Below, in pieces: positions 1-13,280 of a stretch of DNA of 64,000 nt. The notes beneath the pieces were generated by a model that was not told the DNA's origin, ran no database searches, and was given only the letters and a program-made list of their open reading frames with translations. Both the position numbers and the translations under genes were made by a program. The stretch is from Rhizodiscina lignyota (Eukaryota). The stretch lies in contig ML978122.1 of NCBI GenBank assembly GCA_010015805.1, forward strand, positions 1,212,453 through 1,276,452, in the 5' to 3' direction. Position 1 is the stretch's first letter; each line of letters begins with the position of its first letter.

Positions 1-589
1 ACGGCTTGGCCCTACACAGAAGCTTAGCCAAACTCTTCTCTCGCCTCCCTTTAAGTTGCGTATCTAATACGCCAGACCGAGTTGTCAGCCGTTACCGCGC
101 GGGAACTGTTGGGTGCGGGCAGATGCTCTTTGTGGCAGCATCCCAGTTCCCAGGTTCCTCGCTCATATATCCCCTTAATTTAGGCGCATTACAGTATCTC
201 GATGCTCGCTCATGTAAGGCTTATTGCCGCGCCATTCGCCTGCATGACGAGGTTGGAGACCCAACCTCGCTATGCTCGCGATCTGCACGACGACCCGCTC
301 CGATCCTTAGATCCGTCGTCCCGCTTCCCCAGGCGCACCCTCAATCGACAGTTGGGGTGTAGCATGCACCTCTCTGCGGTTGAATGTCTCCTTATCCATG
401 CATTAAAATCTCTATTTGGCCTCACTATAGCTGGAAGAGTGATAGCACCGGCGCATCACCGCACTCGTGGGTACCACGTGGAGATATAGTCACGCAATGC
501 CTGTTTCGTGCCTCTCCTTGTTGTCTCTGAGCTTTCTTTCTCTCGCCATGTCGTCATAAATCTTTAATTTATCTGATCCAGCTCTAGCT

Positions 590-1956
590 ATGGCAGAAGC
601 AGAAGACCAAGATGTTGGGAATATAATAGGGGAGAATTTAGAAGTCGATGCATGTTTCGCTACTACCCTGCGGATTGCTCTTCATCCAATGCTAATTGCG
701 TTCATTATTCCAGTCTTTTGGAGACCATGATTCAGGTTTTGGAGACGACGATGTGCGCTCGTACGTGAAGAACGCTCATATCCGAATGAAACGTCACCCA
801 TATCATTCATAGAATTAACTCCTCCACAACGTCCATAAGCGAGTCCCAATTCCATTACGAACATGGGAAACGGTACCATGCTTACTCCGAAGCGCGTAAG
901 TACACACTGGAGACCTTGAAAATCTGTACCGGACTAACTTGAATGTAGACTACGCTCTTCCAAACAACGAAGTTGGGATACATGTCCTTTCTCTTTCAAC
1001 CAGTTTCTCTAACTGACGTGGATCACAGCAAGAAATAGATCGTTTGGAACTCCAACACCGAATATGGGACATTATGCTGGGCGGAAGACTCAATCTTGCC
1101 CCTCTTTCAAGGGATATAACGCATGCAATTGATATTGGATGTGGCACTGGCGGTCAGCTCAATCAGCTCTCACTCCGCTCCTTTGTGCAATCTTTGCATC
1201 TGCTCTGACTTGATGATAACAGCATGGGCCATTGAATTCGCAGATGCCAACCCAAACTGCGATGTCATCGGTGCCGACCTCTCTCCCATCCAACCCGATG
1301 TCGTTCCCCGTAACCTCACATTCCTTGTCGACGACGCTTCCGCTGAATGGACATACTCTACCCCATTTGATTACATACACACACGCGCCATTTCCTCTGG
1401 CATCAAAGATTGGCCTGCCTTTCTTGAACAATGCTTCCGCCATCTAAAACCAGGTGGCTGGGTTGAGCTGCAGGAATTCCACCTCCCGTTCACCTGTGAT
1501 GACAGCTCTACCACTCCAGACACCGCAGTCCGAACATGGAGCGCATCACTCACTTCAGCGATCGGTAAAGCGGGAATCGATGTCTCGGCCGAGAATTCAT
1601 ACAGCCATCCCAAACGGCTGAGGGACGTTGGGTTCATCAACGTGGAGATGATAAATGCGAAGTGGCCGATTGGACCTTGGGCCCGAGGTGAGAAGGAAAA
1701 GAGGATCGGAGCCTTGTTCTTGAAGGACCTCGAGGGGAATGTAGAGAACCTCAGCAAGAGAATCATGATGGGAATGATGGGCATGCCGGAAGACGAGTTT
1801 GCCAAGACGATGGAATTGGTGCTAAGGGACATCAGAAATAGTAGACATCACATGTACATGCCCGTGTAAGTGGTGTCGATTACCAGAAAACAGCACGCTT
1901 GCTTACTGCCTGGTAGAGATATTGTTTGGGCGCAGAAACCGGTCGCTTCCACGTAG
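590..1956 (+). CDS. Class I SAM-dependent methyltransferase (LaeA-like/TAM family), ~7 exons
   Basis: Spliced motifs EHGKRYHAY, YALPNNEQEIDRLELQH, DIGCGTG-AWAIEFAD, GADLSPIQP, LKPGGWVELQE, ending VWAQKP; GT(GC)-AG introns with branch sites. Confidence 0.9.
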
Positions 1957-2337
1957 CATACAATAAGAGTGTGGTCCATGACACAGGACAGCGGTCAAGT
2001 CGCAAACTGCTCTTTATCGACTTCGGGAATATTCGATGCTTGAGTCTTAGGCTGCTGTAGTTATCGCCGCACGATATGCGAAGTTCGAATTTCGGAATTC
2101 TTATAACTATGTAGACTTGGATGCCTTCTCCTTTGGTGAGCATATATTCGAGATTGAGTACATAGATCCTGCTTATGCTATAGAAGGACAGATGCCAAGA
2201 TGCCTTTCCAGACAGGAAAGACTTTCAACTCACGAAACAAGCTGTGGTCGTCTACTTAAGCTCTAGGATGCCATCTCCACCGTATATTTCAGCCGTTTGT
2301 CGTTAATGCACTAAAGACACCGGTATCAAGACCACCA

Positions 2338-3104
2338 TCAGGCCAACTTCGCCCCAGCATCCCTCCTCTTCCACCAATATCCTTCCACAAGCTTCAGATC
2401 GTGACTCTCCTGCAGCTGAGAGATCCCACTATCGCTCGATAAGCCACTTGATTTACCCACCTCCACAACTAATATCGCCCCAGATCCAGCATTGTCCTTG
2501 TCTCCCAGCACCATGCACACGCCATCGCCTCGCTGCTCTGCCTTGGCAACCAATTCATGCCACTTTTCAGGAGCGCTCGAACCAGTGTTGCTCAAGATTG
2601 AGAACGTAATTGTAGGGTCTGACAGAGCGGTGACAGCAGATCGTATCATCTCATGTGCGGCGCTCAGCATATACACTTTCGTCGGCGACGCGAGAAGCTC
2701 TGGCTGCGTCGTGAACAGGTTGATTATAGCGGCGACAGGTGGGCTGGCCATATGCGCGTCGAGAGCTGCCTGGTCGGCATATCTATATCACACAAACAAG
2801 TCAGAACATGTTCTCCAAAACCAGTCGGGAATTGGGAATGCCTGAGTAGAGATGGGAACGGGTGGAACATACTCCTCGAAAGCAAAGATATCCAGCGCAC
2901 TGCTAGTCCTGGGTACGGTGACGGCATACTTCGTTACGCCAGGCTCGTTGGCTCGAGAATAACGTGCGGTGTCGCTGAGAGCTTCAATGACCTGTTACTA
3001 TGAGTGCTAGGTTCTTCCACGCGTATCCAGGTACACATAGCTACCTTATGCCGAGCACCTTGGTCTCGCGGAAACAGGTGGCCGATGACAAAGATTGGAG
3101 CCAT
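2338..3104 (-). CDS. ABM/dimeric alpha-beta barrel (antibiotic biosynthesis monooxygenase-like) protein, 3 exons
   Basis: Spliced MAPIFVIGHLFP..RHK|VIEAL..RANEPGVTKYAV..FAFEE|YADQAALDAHMASPP, the EPG...EEY.D.AA..AH pattern typical of ABM domains. Confidence 0.75.
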
Positions 3105-3558
3105 TGCGTGGTTCAAGATTGTCTATTTGAGCAACGCTCTCGTTGAGGCATGCTGAACAAGGAGGACAAGCTATTGCTGACATTTTCAACTTGAGACCCA
3201 TCGTCGGACGATAGGAGCTACTGATTCAGGTTCCGTCTTGCTCGGAAAAGGTGACGCGAAGGGAGCAGACAGAATCTCATCTAATCTTATCGGACATGCA
3301 GGCATGAAATCTTGTTTGAGCTTGCAAGTTCTATTATTCTAGGCTTTATTATCCCTTGTAGATGCTCTTTAAAGTGTATGATTATAAAATTGAAGGCAAT
3401 TAAAACAGTTCTTTTCATACATACGGGCTGTCGCTCAGATCATCGGAACCCGTTCATGCATCTCACGTTAAGAACTTTACAATCCCCACCGTGCCAATTT
3501 CCTCCGTAACCTTTGACGCACTCCGTATTTGCAAATGTCCATTAAAAAGAGTTCCACT

Positions 3559-5353
3559 CTAGAGTTTCTTATCTAGCCTCTTCAAGAAACGTCCCACGCC
3601 CTTCTCCACCCTGTCCATTCTCGCCTCAAACTTTCCACCCTGCTGTCCCGGTCCCGCCTGCGCTGGCTGTCCCGCTTTACCATGCCCATGCCCGTGCGAT
3701 GACGCTTCAGCCTCCGTAGGCCGGTATGCCTGCTGGTGCACCGAATATAACTCCTGCTGAGCACCTGGGGTGGCTTGTTGCGTGTAGTTGTACGTGCTAT
3801 ATCCACCGATGGGTACCTGTGGCTGATGCTGCGGAGGAGCGAAGCCGGGAGACGGCATCGTTTGACCATATCCAGGAGTGCTTGGGCCTGGAGTGTAACT
3901 TGGCGCCTGTGCAGCACCCGCTCCAGGTTGATAGCCGGTGGAAGGCTGTGGCGGTGGTGCCTGGAAAGATGGAGAAGATTGACTAGGTGTGTGTTGGAGA
4001 GCAGAAACTTGTGGGTTATAGTTCGCGTATTGGGTCGCTGGCTGCGGGGAAAAGGATTGCTGATGCGCGGGTGGCGATGAGGGATGCTGTTGGTAGTTCA
4101 GGGGAATGCTGGACTGGCGTTGCATGCCTGGATGTTGTGGCTGCTGTCCATACAGATGAGCATTCGGATCTTGCTGCTGCGGTGGAGGAGGAGCGAAGGA
4201 TTGCGCATATTGTTGGCTTTGGGCGGAAGCTGGAGAGCCAGTAGATACGCTGTACGGTGTTTGCTGTTGTGGCGGAGGGGGAGGAAATGATGAATTTGTG
4301 TTCGTCCTTTGGACCTGTTGCGGTGGTGGTGGCATTTGGCCAGGTGGTCCCGGCATATAAGGTTGTTGGGATTGCATCGGGAATGAGCCCTGATGCTGAA
4401 GCCCACCCGGTTGCGGGCCGTAGCCTCCAGCGCCATGCTCATGCATAGCTACTGCTGACAGACCAGTTCCAGCGGCTGCGTCAGCAGGCGGTGGTGTCTT
4501 CTCACGATGTGCAATGGGCTCTGGGGCAGCAGGTGCAGCGGGGTTGTATGCCATCGGTGCATAACTCGGGGGCGCGTCTGTAGCACCGACAGGCGGTGTA
4601 GTGATCGGACTGACAGGAGTGTGGTTCGATCGTGGAACAGTGGATGACTGCGCTGTGCTCACGCTGGTACTTCGCTCGGCCGCTTGGGGTGTTGAGATGG
4701 CAGCCTTTTCCAACCTCTGGACGACAGGACTCATGCTGTCCCGGTGCTCTGAATGGACGGCAGATGCATCGAGCACTCGAATCTGCTGAGGCTGAAGGCA
4801 TCGCTTCAACGAATCCAAGAAAAGCGTTGCATCATCTGTAGTCCAGAAGTAGAGATCTATGGTATGGATTTTGTACATGTATTTGGTCTCATTTCGGAGG
4901 TCATGAGTCGGTAAATGCCATTGAGAGGTATCTTGTTGGGGGCTCTGCGCCGTCCCATTCATCTGGGCGCGAGAAGTGACGGTGATGGTGAAGAGGGTGG
5001 GGTGCTTGTGCGAGTACTCGACATGCGAGCCGTCGAGGACTAAATAGCGTCACATTTAGCTTGATAATCTTCGAAGAGCCAGTGCCTCTTGAACATACAG
5101 CCTGTGAAAGCATCTTGGTCTGCTGTGCCCGCATGATTTGCAATCTCTAAGCGTCCCCTCTTGTTGATCGCATCGTGATACAGGTAGACGTAGGAGGACT
5201 TGTCGAAGCGGTGATGTAATGGCTTCGCGGCGGGAGAACCGAAATAATAGTGGACATCCGCGAACCTGGGGCGTGTAAGCTTCCTGCATTCCCGATCAAG
5301 TGGTGTAACACTCACAATGTCAGTAGAGACACCTCGCCGGGCTGAAGTGGCAT
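3559..5353 (-). CDS. Conserved fungal protein with folded N-terminus and long Pro/Gln-rich low-complexity C-terminus
   Basis: MPLQPGEVSLLTL|FADVHYYF..HHRFDKSSYVYLY exons join a 467-aa ORF with YNPAAPAAPEPIAHREKTPPP and C-terminal RVEKGVGRFLKRLDKKL. Confidence 0.8.
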
Positions 5354-7211
5354 GTTGCTTTACTGCCCCGAGGCTGCTTACGGAGCTGATAGTAGACAAA
5401 CTGGGTTGCGCCAGAGAAGGACCAGCCAAGGTAGAGAGGCAGGTGCTGAAAGGGACGAAAAGAAGTATTAGAGAATTACAAAAGTCGAAGTGTCAGCCTC
5501 ATGCACGAGTCTCTTCTTGATGAGGCGACGGATGTTTCTATAGTTAAACGCACGTTAGGCGCTGGGCGGGCAAAGGCCACTGGAGTTCGGCCAATCGTTT
5601 CGCTGCAACGCCGACTCCAACTCTTCAAGAGCGCCATCCGCGCTAGAGTCCCTGCATCTAACATGTGCATTTTACCGTTCACGCCTTTCACAGGCCACAT
5701 TATTCCATTTCCGTATCATTGACCCAGAGGAGTTGTCATGGTTTGACCAACATCTGGCGCCATGCCAAGAGCTGCCGGACATCCCGACGCGTCAGTTCAA
5801 TTTGGTGAGAAGGATATCAACTGAGGTGTCCCCTGTCGCTCCTACTTCCATTCGATCGGGATATATCTCTAATTTTTTGCCACCTCCTCTCGACCAAGAT
5901 TCTGTCCTCTCTACGTACGGTGGACGTTGTCTACCTATTTCGTTCACACGCGGGCAGTTGGACGGTGCAAAGAACGGTTCTGTTTGACGGACCCCAGATC
6001 CTAGCTCTCAATATTGTTCGGAAGAAATGCAAGACCCATAGTATTTCACAGCAAGCAACAGACAGCCCGGCTTACAGTCTCAAATGGACCTCAACGCCCA
6101 TGGCCTGCGACATCCAGCCGCGACTGCGAGGTGTTCATCGCCAATGCACAACCCAGCAAGATGGTTTCTGCTGAGGGCTTAGGCAGTACAATAAACAGAT
6201 GTACTATGAGTCGCTGTAAACCCACGGGAGGTTGATGCTGAAAGCCGTGGCCGATTCACTGGCAAAGGTCGCAAACGAGAGACCAGATCATGAGCATGTA
6301 TGGCACCTTCGAACTGGAAGCTACCATACAGTCGGAACCTTATCATAGCGTTGCTGGACAAGTGGCAGAAACAGTAACACAGTATCTTGAACTGTGGCTC
6401 CTGAAACAGCCAGGCATCGGCTCCCCAAGAATCCAAGGAGAAACCACAACATCAAGCGCGTATATGCTGGTTAGCATTGCAACCATTCACTTTGGCTTGT
6501 CATTCAAGTGCATGAAGCTTACGAATGCGAAAGGGCCGAGATAAACTACTATAGCAGCACCCAAATCGCACATTGGGTTGTCCACACTCCACTTTGAGGA
6601 TTCTCAGGCCATCTAGACTGTTTCAATCGACATTGATCACGTTGTCATCGCAGGTTTGAGTTACAGCGCTGCACTTGCCCTCTTTGAATCGCTCCCCGAA
6701 ATGGCGGAGGCGATTACCACGGCTCGAAAATCAGACTGTATACCCGGAGGAGGATTCTCGCAGCATGCCATACTGCTACCTCTGTTGAGTACAACCCAAG
6801 TACGCTGAAGACAAGTGCTTTTAAGTCAATTAGTCGCCAAGCTTCCAGTACAACTAAAACCCCGTCTGACCAGGGTACCGATTTCCGAATGGAAATAACT
6901 TTCAAATTTCTCCAAGTCAGCCTCATTTCGTACTATCTGATCTCATTTTCATCCCGTTTGCTGAATGCACGTGACCTGTTCGTCCTTTGGGACATCCCTG
7001 TGCGCGGTTTGGTCCGTAAACTCCGAGTCCACGGAACTCCGTGTATGCTCAATAGACCGCAATTCCTTGGTCGCCAAATCCCTTAGAATCGCATATTAAC
7101 TGAAGCGGAAGGCTTGTTGGTCACAGAAACCTACAGCTCTCTAAGTTTGCGGTTTCACGGGGTTCCGTTTCTCCACCCTTGGCCGATATCTTTCAATGTT
7201 GAAGCGATACG

Positions 7212-8788
7212 ATGCCTGAACCCCAGGCTTTCAAATGTCCCCGATGCAACAGATCATATGAGAAAGGCGAGTTTAAGAATTCCTCTCTTGTTCTTTTACC
7301 TACTGACATGATGTAGTAACATCGTTAAAGAGACATGGATATTACTGCCGTCAAAAAGATCCTGTTCAGCGCGCGCATAGAAAAAGATCATGCATTCAAT
7401 GTACTCGAGCCAAGACACGATGCAGTTCGACCCTACCTAGGTGCTCCAGTTGTATCGGGAAAGGACTCGAATGCCAATATGATGAACCGACGCTGCTGAA
7501 GATCCACGGTCGGGCAGACCATGATCGCAGAGCGCAAACGACGAGCGAGGGCCTTGGCGTCGTTTCTGAGTCAGCGCAAGAGAATGTAACGAGCTTTAAA
7601 ACTAATGAGTATGCGCGTATGGACTCCGAGACCTTGGACCTTGGAGATGTAATACCGCAATATCAGATCGCCAACTCCATGATGGGGTTCGGGGGTGAGA
7701 TATCGAAAACAGTCGGCTTTACTCCCACCGGAGATCCAATGCTCGATTTTGCGGCCACGTCAACGATTCCGTCCATGCTTGCAGCGCTTTTTGTGAACCC
7801 GGAACGGAATTCTGGCTCTACTTTTATACCACTGCGACAACCCCACTGTCTCGATTATGGCCGTTCCGCTACGATACCCCAGTCACTTGCTGTAGGCAAT
7901 ATAACATTCATCCCAAGGCGACCCTCAAAATCGCAAGCCCAATTGACCACTACGCTCCTCTGGAGGATACTAGCTTCATTCCCCACGATGATCGAGAGGA
8001 AGGAAACGCTCCCACCCTTCATACACCCCATGATGCTATGCGGAGAGGTCCGAGAGGAGACCTCAATGCTAGACACACCAGAGACACTCGTCAACTGTAT
8101 GAGCATCGTACAGATGTGGAAACTTAGACAGTCACAGACAAATGGCCTTGTTTGGCGTACAATCCGTATGGAGTTAGAAAAGATGTGGGTTGAGCATGGG
8201 AGTTACACTGACTGGCAGCTCCTAGCTTGCCAGCAAACGGTTCTGACTTACCTGCTCATGCGCATGAGGGAAGGTGCACGTGTCAACGATGACATCGATG
8301 CTCCGCTCATTTTCACGCTTGGTCGGGTCAGTAAAACACTGGTAAATCGCATTGGCAACGCGGAGTTCATCACCGGCGTGCCGAACGCCATAAACTCCTG
8401 CAGTGAATGGATATTCCACGAGACTCGCCGACGCATCGCCACCATCGCGCGTCTCATCAACATGGTTCTCGACATCGATAGCGCGGTGGTTTGCTACCTC
8501 CTCCGGGGCTTCGTATTCGTGCCATTACCCGCCCAACGTACGCTGTGGGAAACGAATACCACAGCATCATGGAGGAAGGAGTTTGACCTCTTCCTAAGAG
8601 ATAGGCGGTTGTATGGGCTGGCTGCAGATGGAAAATTGAAAAGCTTGGTGCAGCAGGACGACGGACAGGTCGTGATTAGCATTGTGGACTGGGAAAGCTG
8701 GCTCGCGGAACAGGATACATTTGGGACTATGGTAATGCTTGCTGGCTCACTGCTGGAAGCGAACGCGAGTGCAGACACATCGGCATAG
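7212..8788 (+). CDS. Transcription factor with N-terminal C2HC zinc finger plus Zn(II)2Cys6 cluster
   Basis: Exon 1 7212-7266, GC-AG intron 7267-7316; spliced CPRCNRSYEKVTSLKRHGYYC then SCIQCTRAKTRCSSTLPRCSSCIGKGLECQY, in frame with the 7619-8788 ORF (TLPPFIHP, WIFHETRRR, LPAQRTLWE). Confidence 0.85.
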
Positions 8789-10124
8789 GCTCCCGCTGCT
8801 TTCGCCTTCAGTAATTTTGGCATCCAGCCCGATTACCTCAGGCTCCTTACTCGGGTCTCTTCTCGGCAACCGTTCCGAGGATTTACAATCAACCGGGCGA
8901 GCCTGGGTGGTTTACCAAATCCTAAAGTAACTTGCATGATGTGAACGTTCAGCCAAGGAGGCGCGATGCCAGGGTTGCACGCTCGGCCTCGTGAGGAGCT
9001 TGTTTCGTCTTCATGGCAGCTGAATGTTAGATATATGAGCTTTTTCTCGACCCACAGACCTCCAAACTCTTCTCCTTTCACTTCTTCTTCTATTTCTCTG
9101 CATGATGTTTTAATTAGTCTACTTCGTATTATGCCCTCGATGCCCTTAGCCGCACGCAGCGCAATCAGGGCCCGGGCCACTACAAAACTGCAAGTCATCT
9201 TTGCATAACATCCTGAATTGCGCCTGGCATATCGTGTTTTAGTCCGAAGGTATATCTTAATCAAGAGGAATTAAATGACAGAATTCGCCACGTCTGCAGC
9301 ACTGAGCGAACACTTTGCCAAGACCAAATACAACGAAAGTAAAAGAGAGAAAGAATATAGGTAAGGGAATGCATGATTATGAAATCGAGACTCTGCTGTT
9401 CTGCCCGTTGCTGGAGTTGCAAATAGCAACGTCTCTCGCGACAGCTTTATACCTCTGACTGCCAGGTCTGTAAGCCTGCCTCCCTTCTCCTGATCCCTAA
9501 TAGTAGGATGTAATGAGTTTTCTCAATGTTGCATCCATCATGAGATTTCGCTCTCAGAGTGCGAGCTGTGTTGTGAAGGGAACGATTGCGAGCTTGGATA
9601 CGAACTGAGAGATTCAAGCCACATGGAAGGACGCTTCCGTTCGGCGGTGCATCTTAGCTCAACCAATCGTCTCTTGTGAATCATATCTGCGTCCCATGTG
9701 CTTGACTCGCGATGATGCTCGTCATTGGTCAACAACTCCGCTCCCGGGGGCTGAACTTTTGACTATAAGGTATATAAAAGCTTCTCCCAACAGTAACCAG
9801 GCATACTTCATACCATAGGATCTACCATATCGTCCAGATAAGCTAGCTACCAATTTGTAGCTCCTGACTAATTAACTACATCTGTCCCTGCCGAGATCAA
9901 CAGTGGCAAGATAGATTCGTCAACTCATTTTCACCATCTAGGCAACAGCAACTGCGGAGCCTTGCGAACACTTCAAGAGGTGGGCCTCCCAATCACTGCG
10001 CCGCTTCCTCCTTCACTTCGACCACACTATTTATGCCTTATCTTTCTACAGTCGTTCTTCCACGGATTCATAGTGCACCTTTCTACACCAGGAAAATCCT
10101 GTTCTTCCAGTATCTACCTGAGCA

Positions 10125-11363
10125 GTGATGAAGCGTGACTCAGCAGCTCCGAGAGGCACCATGAGGCCGGCCTCAGCGATACCACTCACCAAATCATCAA
10201 AAGGAAAACGGAAGCGCAATACTACAACCAACAACGTGCTCAATGTCGAACCGCTCGCATCCAACTCACGCAAGAAACAGCGACATGGAGGCCAGTCAGA
10301 AGTGCCAGAACCACAGACCAGGGTGTCCACAAGAGGGCAGAGTCGAGCTAGACAGGCGGCAAATATCACCACTCAGTCTCTCGCAAATGGAATCGACCTT
10401 CAACCCACTGCAGTCAGAGCACTCTCATCTCTAGAAAAGCTCCCGACCGAACTTCTGCAAGAGATTTGGGTATTGAGTGTTAATCTTTCCCTCCCATTCG
10501 CCTCCCCACAGCTCGCGGCAAAGCTGAACGATGGCACGGTTTGCAAGAAACTATTCCGCCACTGCGCAGAGATGTTTAATTTCGTGTGCAGGCACTGTGC
10601 CGACGGTCGTGAAGTTCCAGCACAGGCCTCGGATGAAATGCGAATGCTATGGACGTCGCCGAGGCTCAATTTGCGTATCTACCAATACATACGCCAGGTC
10701 GCTGCAGAGAAGGTCGATGCAAACTCTTTGAAACGGCACAGCTCCAGCCTCCCGTATGCATGCGTTGACCCTCGCAAGCATCTGGATAACCTGGTTCCAC
10801 TGCTCCCCCGCGATCTTCCGATGCCCAAGTGGCTCAGTCTCCTCCCTTTCACCGAGGAGAAGGACAAACAGATTGGCATTTACTTGAATGCATTCGGTGG
10901 ACCAAATCATGGTGATAGGGGTGTTCCCACGACCAAACGCCTCTTTCGACCAAACTTCGTTCCAGGTGAAGAGTATTGTCGCACAAAACTCATCTCCAAG
11001 ATCCGCACTGGTGATGCAGAAGGCACATTATTCTGCATCGAGAACCAGTTCGCCCAGTTTGTGCATCCGGAGACCCTCTCTGCCATCGTTCCAGCGGCGA
11101 ATGACGATCTAGCAGTCTCTCGATGTTTAGGAATATTTTTCTCGAAGGGTTATCTTGGTCCCTTCCACAAGGCCTTCGTTTCCTACAGACAATATGCCTA
11201 CATTCCAACTCCACTGTGGGACTGGATGCAATGCCATCTGTACTTCTACAGTTACCGTGACAACTCAGGTGATTCCGACGCAGGACTCAGAAGCTGGGTG
11301 GTGTTATGTCATAGCGGCAAGGTCGGACGTCGCATCAAAGCACCACAATATCGGGAGCCTTGA
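10125..11363 (+). CDS. Hypothetical fungal protein with F-box-like segment
   Basis: 412-aa ORF; basic disordered N-terminus then LSSLEKLPTELLQEIWVLSVNLSLPFASPQLAAKL. Confidence 0.65.
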   Translation: MMKRDSAAPRGTMRPASAIPLTKSSKGKRKRNTTTNNVLNVEPLASNSRKKQRHGGQSEVPEPQTRVSTRGQSRARQAANITTQSLANGIDLQPTAVRALSSLEKLPTELLQEIWVLSVNLSLPFASPQLAAKLNDGTVCKKLFRHCAEMFNFVCRHCADGREVPAQASDEMRMLWTSPRLNLRIYQYIRQVAAEKVDANSLKRHSSSLPYACVDPRKHLDNLVPLLPRDLPMPKWLSLLPFTEEKDKQIGIYLNAFGGPNHGDRGVPTTKRLFRPNFVPGEEYCRTKLISKIRTGDAEGTLFCIENQFAQFVHPETLSAIVPAANDDLAVSRCLGIFFSKGYLGPFHKAFVSYRQYAYIPTPLWDWMQCHLYFYSYRDNSGDSDAGLRSWVVLCHSGKVGRRIKAPQYREP

Positions 11364-11799
11364 GCCAGAGCAAAGGAGCCAGCGGAGAGGGCTAAGAAGG
11401 CTAAGGAACAGCCAAGGAACAGCTAAGTCGGCCGCAGGAAAAGTAACGAAGCCAGTGAAGAAAGCAAGGAAGCCGCATGCAGGCCCAAGAGTTCTTTTCC
11501 AAGCCTTATATTAACATTATGTGGGGACTTCCGCAAATGGGACTCATTCGTTATCCCGTACTACCCTGGAATATTTGGGTATTTTGGGTATTTGAAGCGA
11601 CTATCTGGCGCAATTCAGCCATTCTACTTGGAGTGCTTTCGGCAGCTTTCTTGGAGCACCAGTCTACGAGCACATATCCTATCATGATCGTCTATAATTG
11701 GAGCCGATTCATGGGACTTTCGATCTGCTCTTGTGATACATTTGGAAACATATTTGTTTGCAGGATCGTTCCAACGCTGTGGTTCCATTATCTAATAGG

Positions 11800-13280
11800 C
11801 TAGCATGCGAACGGTGCTCCAACGGTGCCATCATGGTATGCCTCGACAATTCCACGAATGGTGACGTACAAACCAGCGACGCAAATGAATGCCCCAGCTG
11901 CAAAAGTAAACATGCAAAGCATTGTTTGGAACCACTTCCGGCGCCACGCTCGTAGCCCTCCTTCATCGTGGTAAGTGTCGTGAAGCCAGAATGCACCCGC
12001 TACACCATACGTATACCAAGCAGCGAACAAGCTAGCCGCAATACCAATCAGATATGAGAAGATTGGTACACCGACTGCCAAGACAAACGCAGCGCCATTC
12101 GTTATGATGATCAGAATCGCCCAGACTCCCCATCCGAGAGGTGTATGGCTGTGCAGATGCCTTGAATTCCGGAAGATTCGCACGAAGATTAGTTTCGAGG
12201 CGCTGTAGCATTTGTTTTTAAGTATTGTAGTAAATAAAGGTCTCGTAGAGTTACTTACGTGTGAGTGTAAAGGCTCCCGGCTATCAAGAAGTTTGGAATG
12301 GCAATGCCGTAAGCTGCCTTTGCCCACACGGGCTCAAGGCTGCTGAAGGCCGGGGACAATACAGCGTCGCCCAAGTATACGTACACAACGACAGCAAAGA
12401 CTGCGTAGAAGGTCATAGCGAAACCTTGCAATGTGTACGCGGCCTTCATAGCATCTTGCGGGCGCTTCATCTCTGATATGAGAATAAAGAACATGAAGTG
12501 TCCGGCGTATGCGAAGACTGGATTTGTTATGCTAAAGAAGGCGTCGAAGAATGAACTGCTCTTGGCAGCAGAGAGATGGCGATCGGATGCTGGATGTACG
12601 CCGGCTCCTATCATTCCCACAATACCCGCAACAAGTATTGATATCACGGCTGGGACAGAGATCCAGGACAGTTGGTCCAGCGTGCGAGGGAAGCTGATGA
12701 GCATGGTCGGAATCGCAAAGATACCACTGTAAAGCATGAGGCAGAGTTTGTTGTCTGATAGCGTGCCGAGTGCGAGCTGGCCGGCCAGGATTTGCGAACC
12801 AGTCCCGAAGATCGCAAAGACGACAGTACCGAAGGCGAGCAGTTCACGACCGAAGGGACCTGCCAGTATCATACCAGCGTCGCCCATTGTGTGCACATCT
12901 GGGTGACGAATCTTAAACTTTATTAAGAGCCATGAAGTGTATGTAGCGAAAATGCCGAGGAATATGATGATGATAAGACCAGGCACGATGCCAACTACAG
13001 CGAGAGAGGATGGCAACGAGAGCATTCCATTCGATACGATCTCGGCAATCATAAGGACAGCGACGAGTTGCCATGAGAGTGTCTTGTATTTGATCTGGAG
13101 CGATGTCAATTATCCCGCGTGATGAATGGACAAGGCGGAGCTGGAGGTGCCATTACGAACCTCATGATCTTCCTCTGTCCCGAAGACATCATGGGCATAG
13201 TCGTAGCCATCCTGATTGCCCACTTCCACCATTCCTGGCGTTTCATATGCATTGTCGCCCAGTACCTGACGCTCTTTCAT
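11800..13280 (-). CDS. Amino acid transporter (AAAP/Aa_trans, Mtr-like neutral amino acid permease), 3 exons
   Basis: MKERQ..HDVFGTEEDHE|IKYKTLSWQLVAVLMIAEIVSNGMLSLP, FAYAGH..ISEMKRPQD, many hydrophobic helices. Confidence 0.92.

Noticed and set aside
9765..9935. RIP-like dead gene start (TATA box, ATA TCG TCC AG|ATAAGC..CTGACTAAT)
   Set aside because: Too short and needs several assumed G->A changes; no recognisable product
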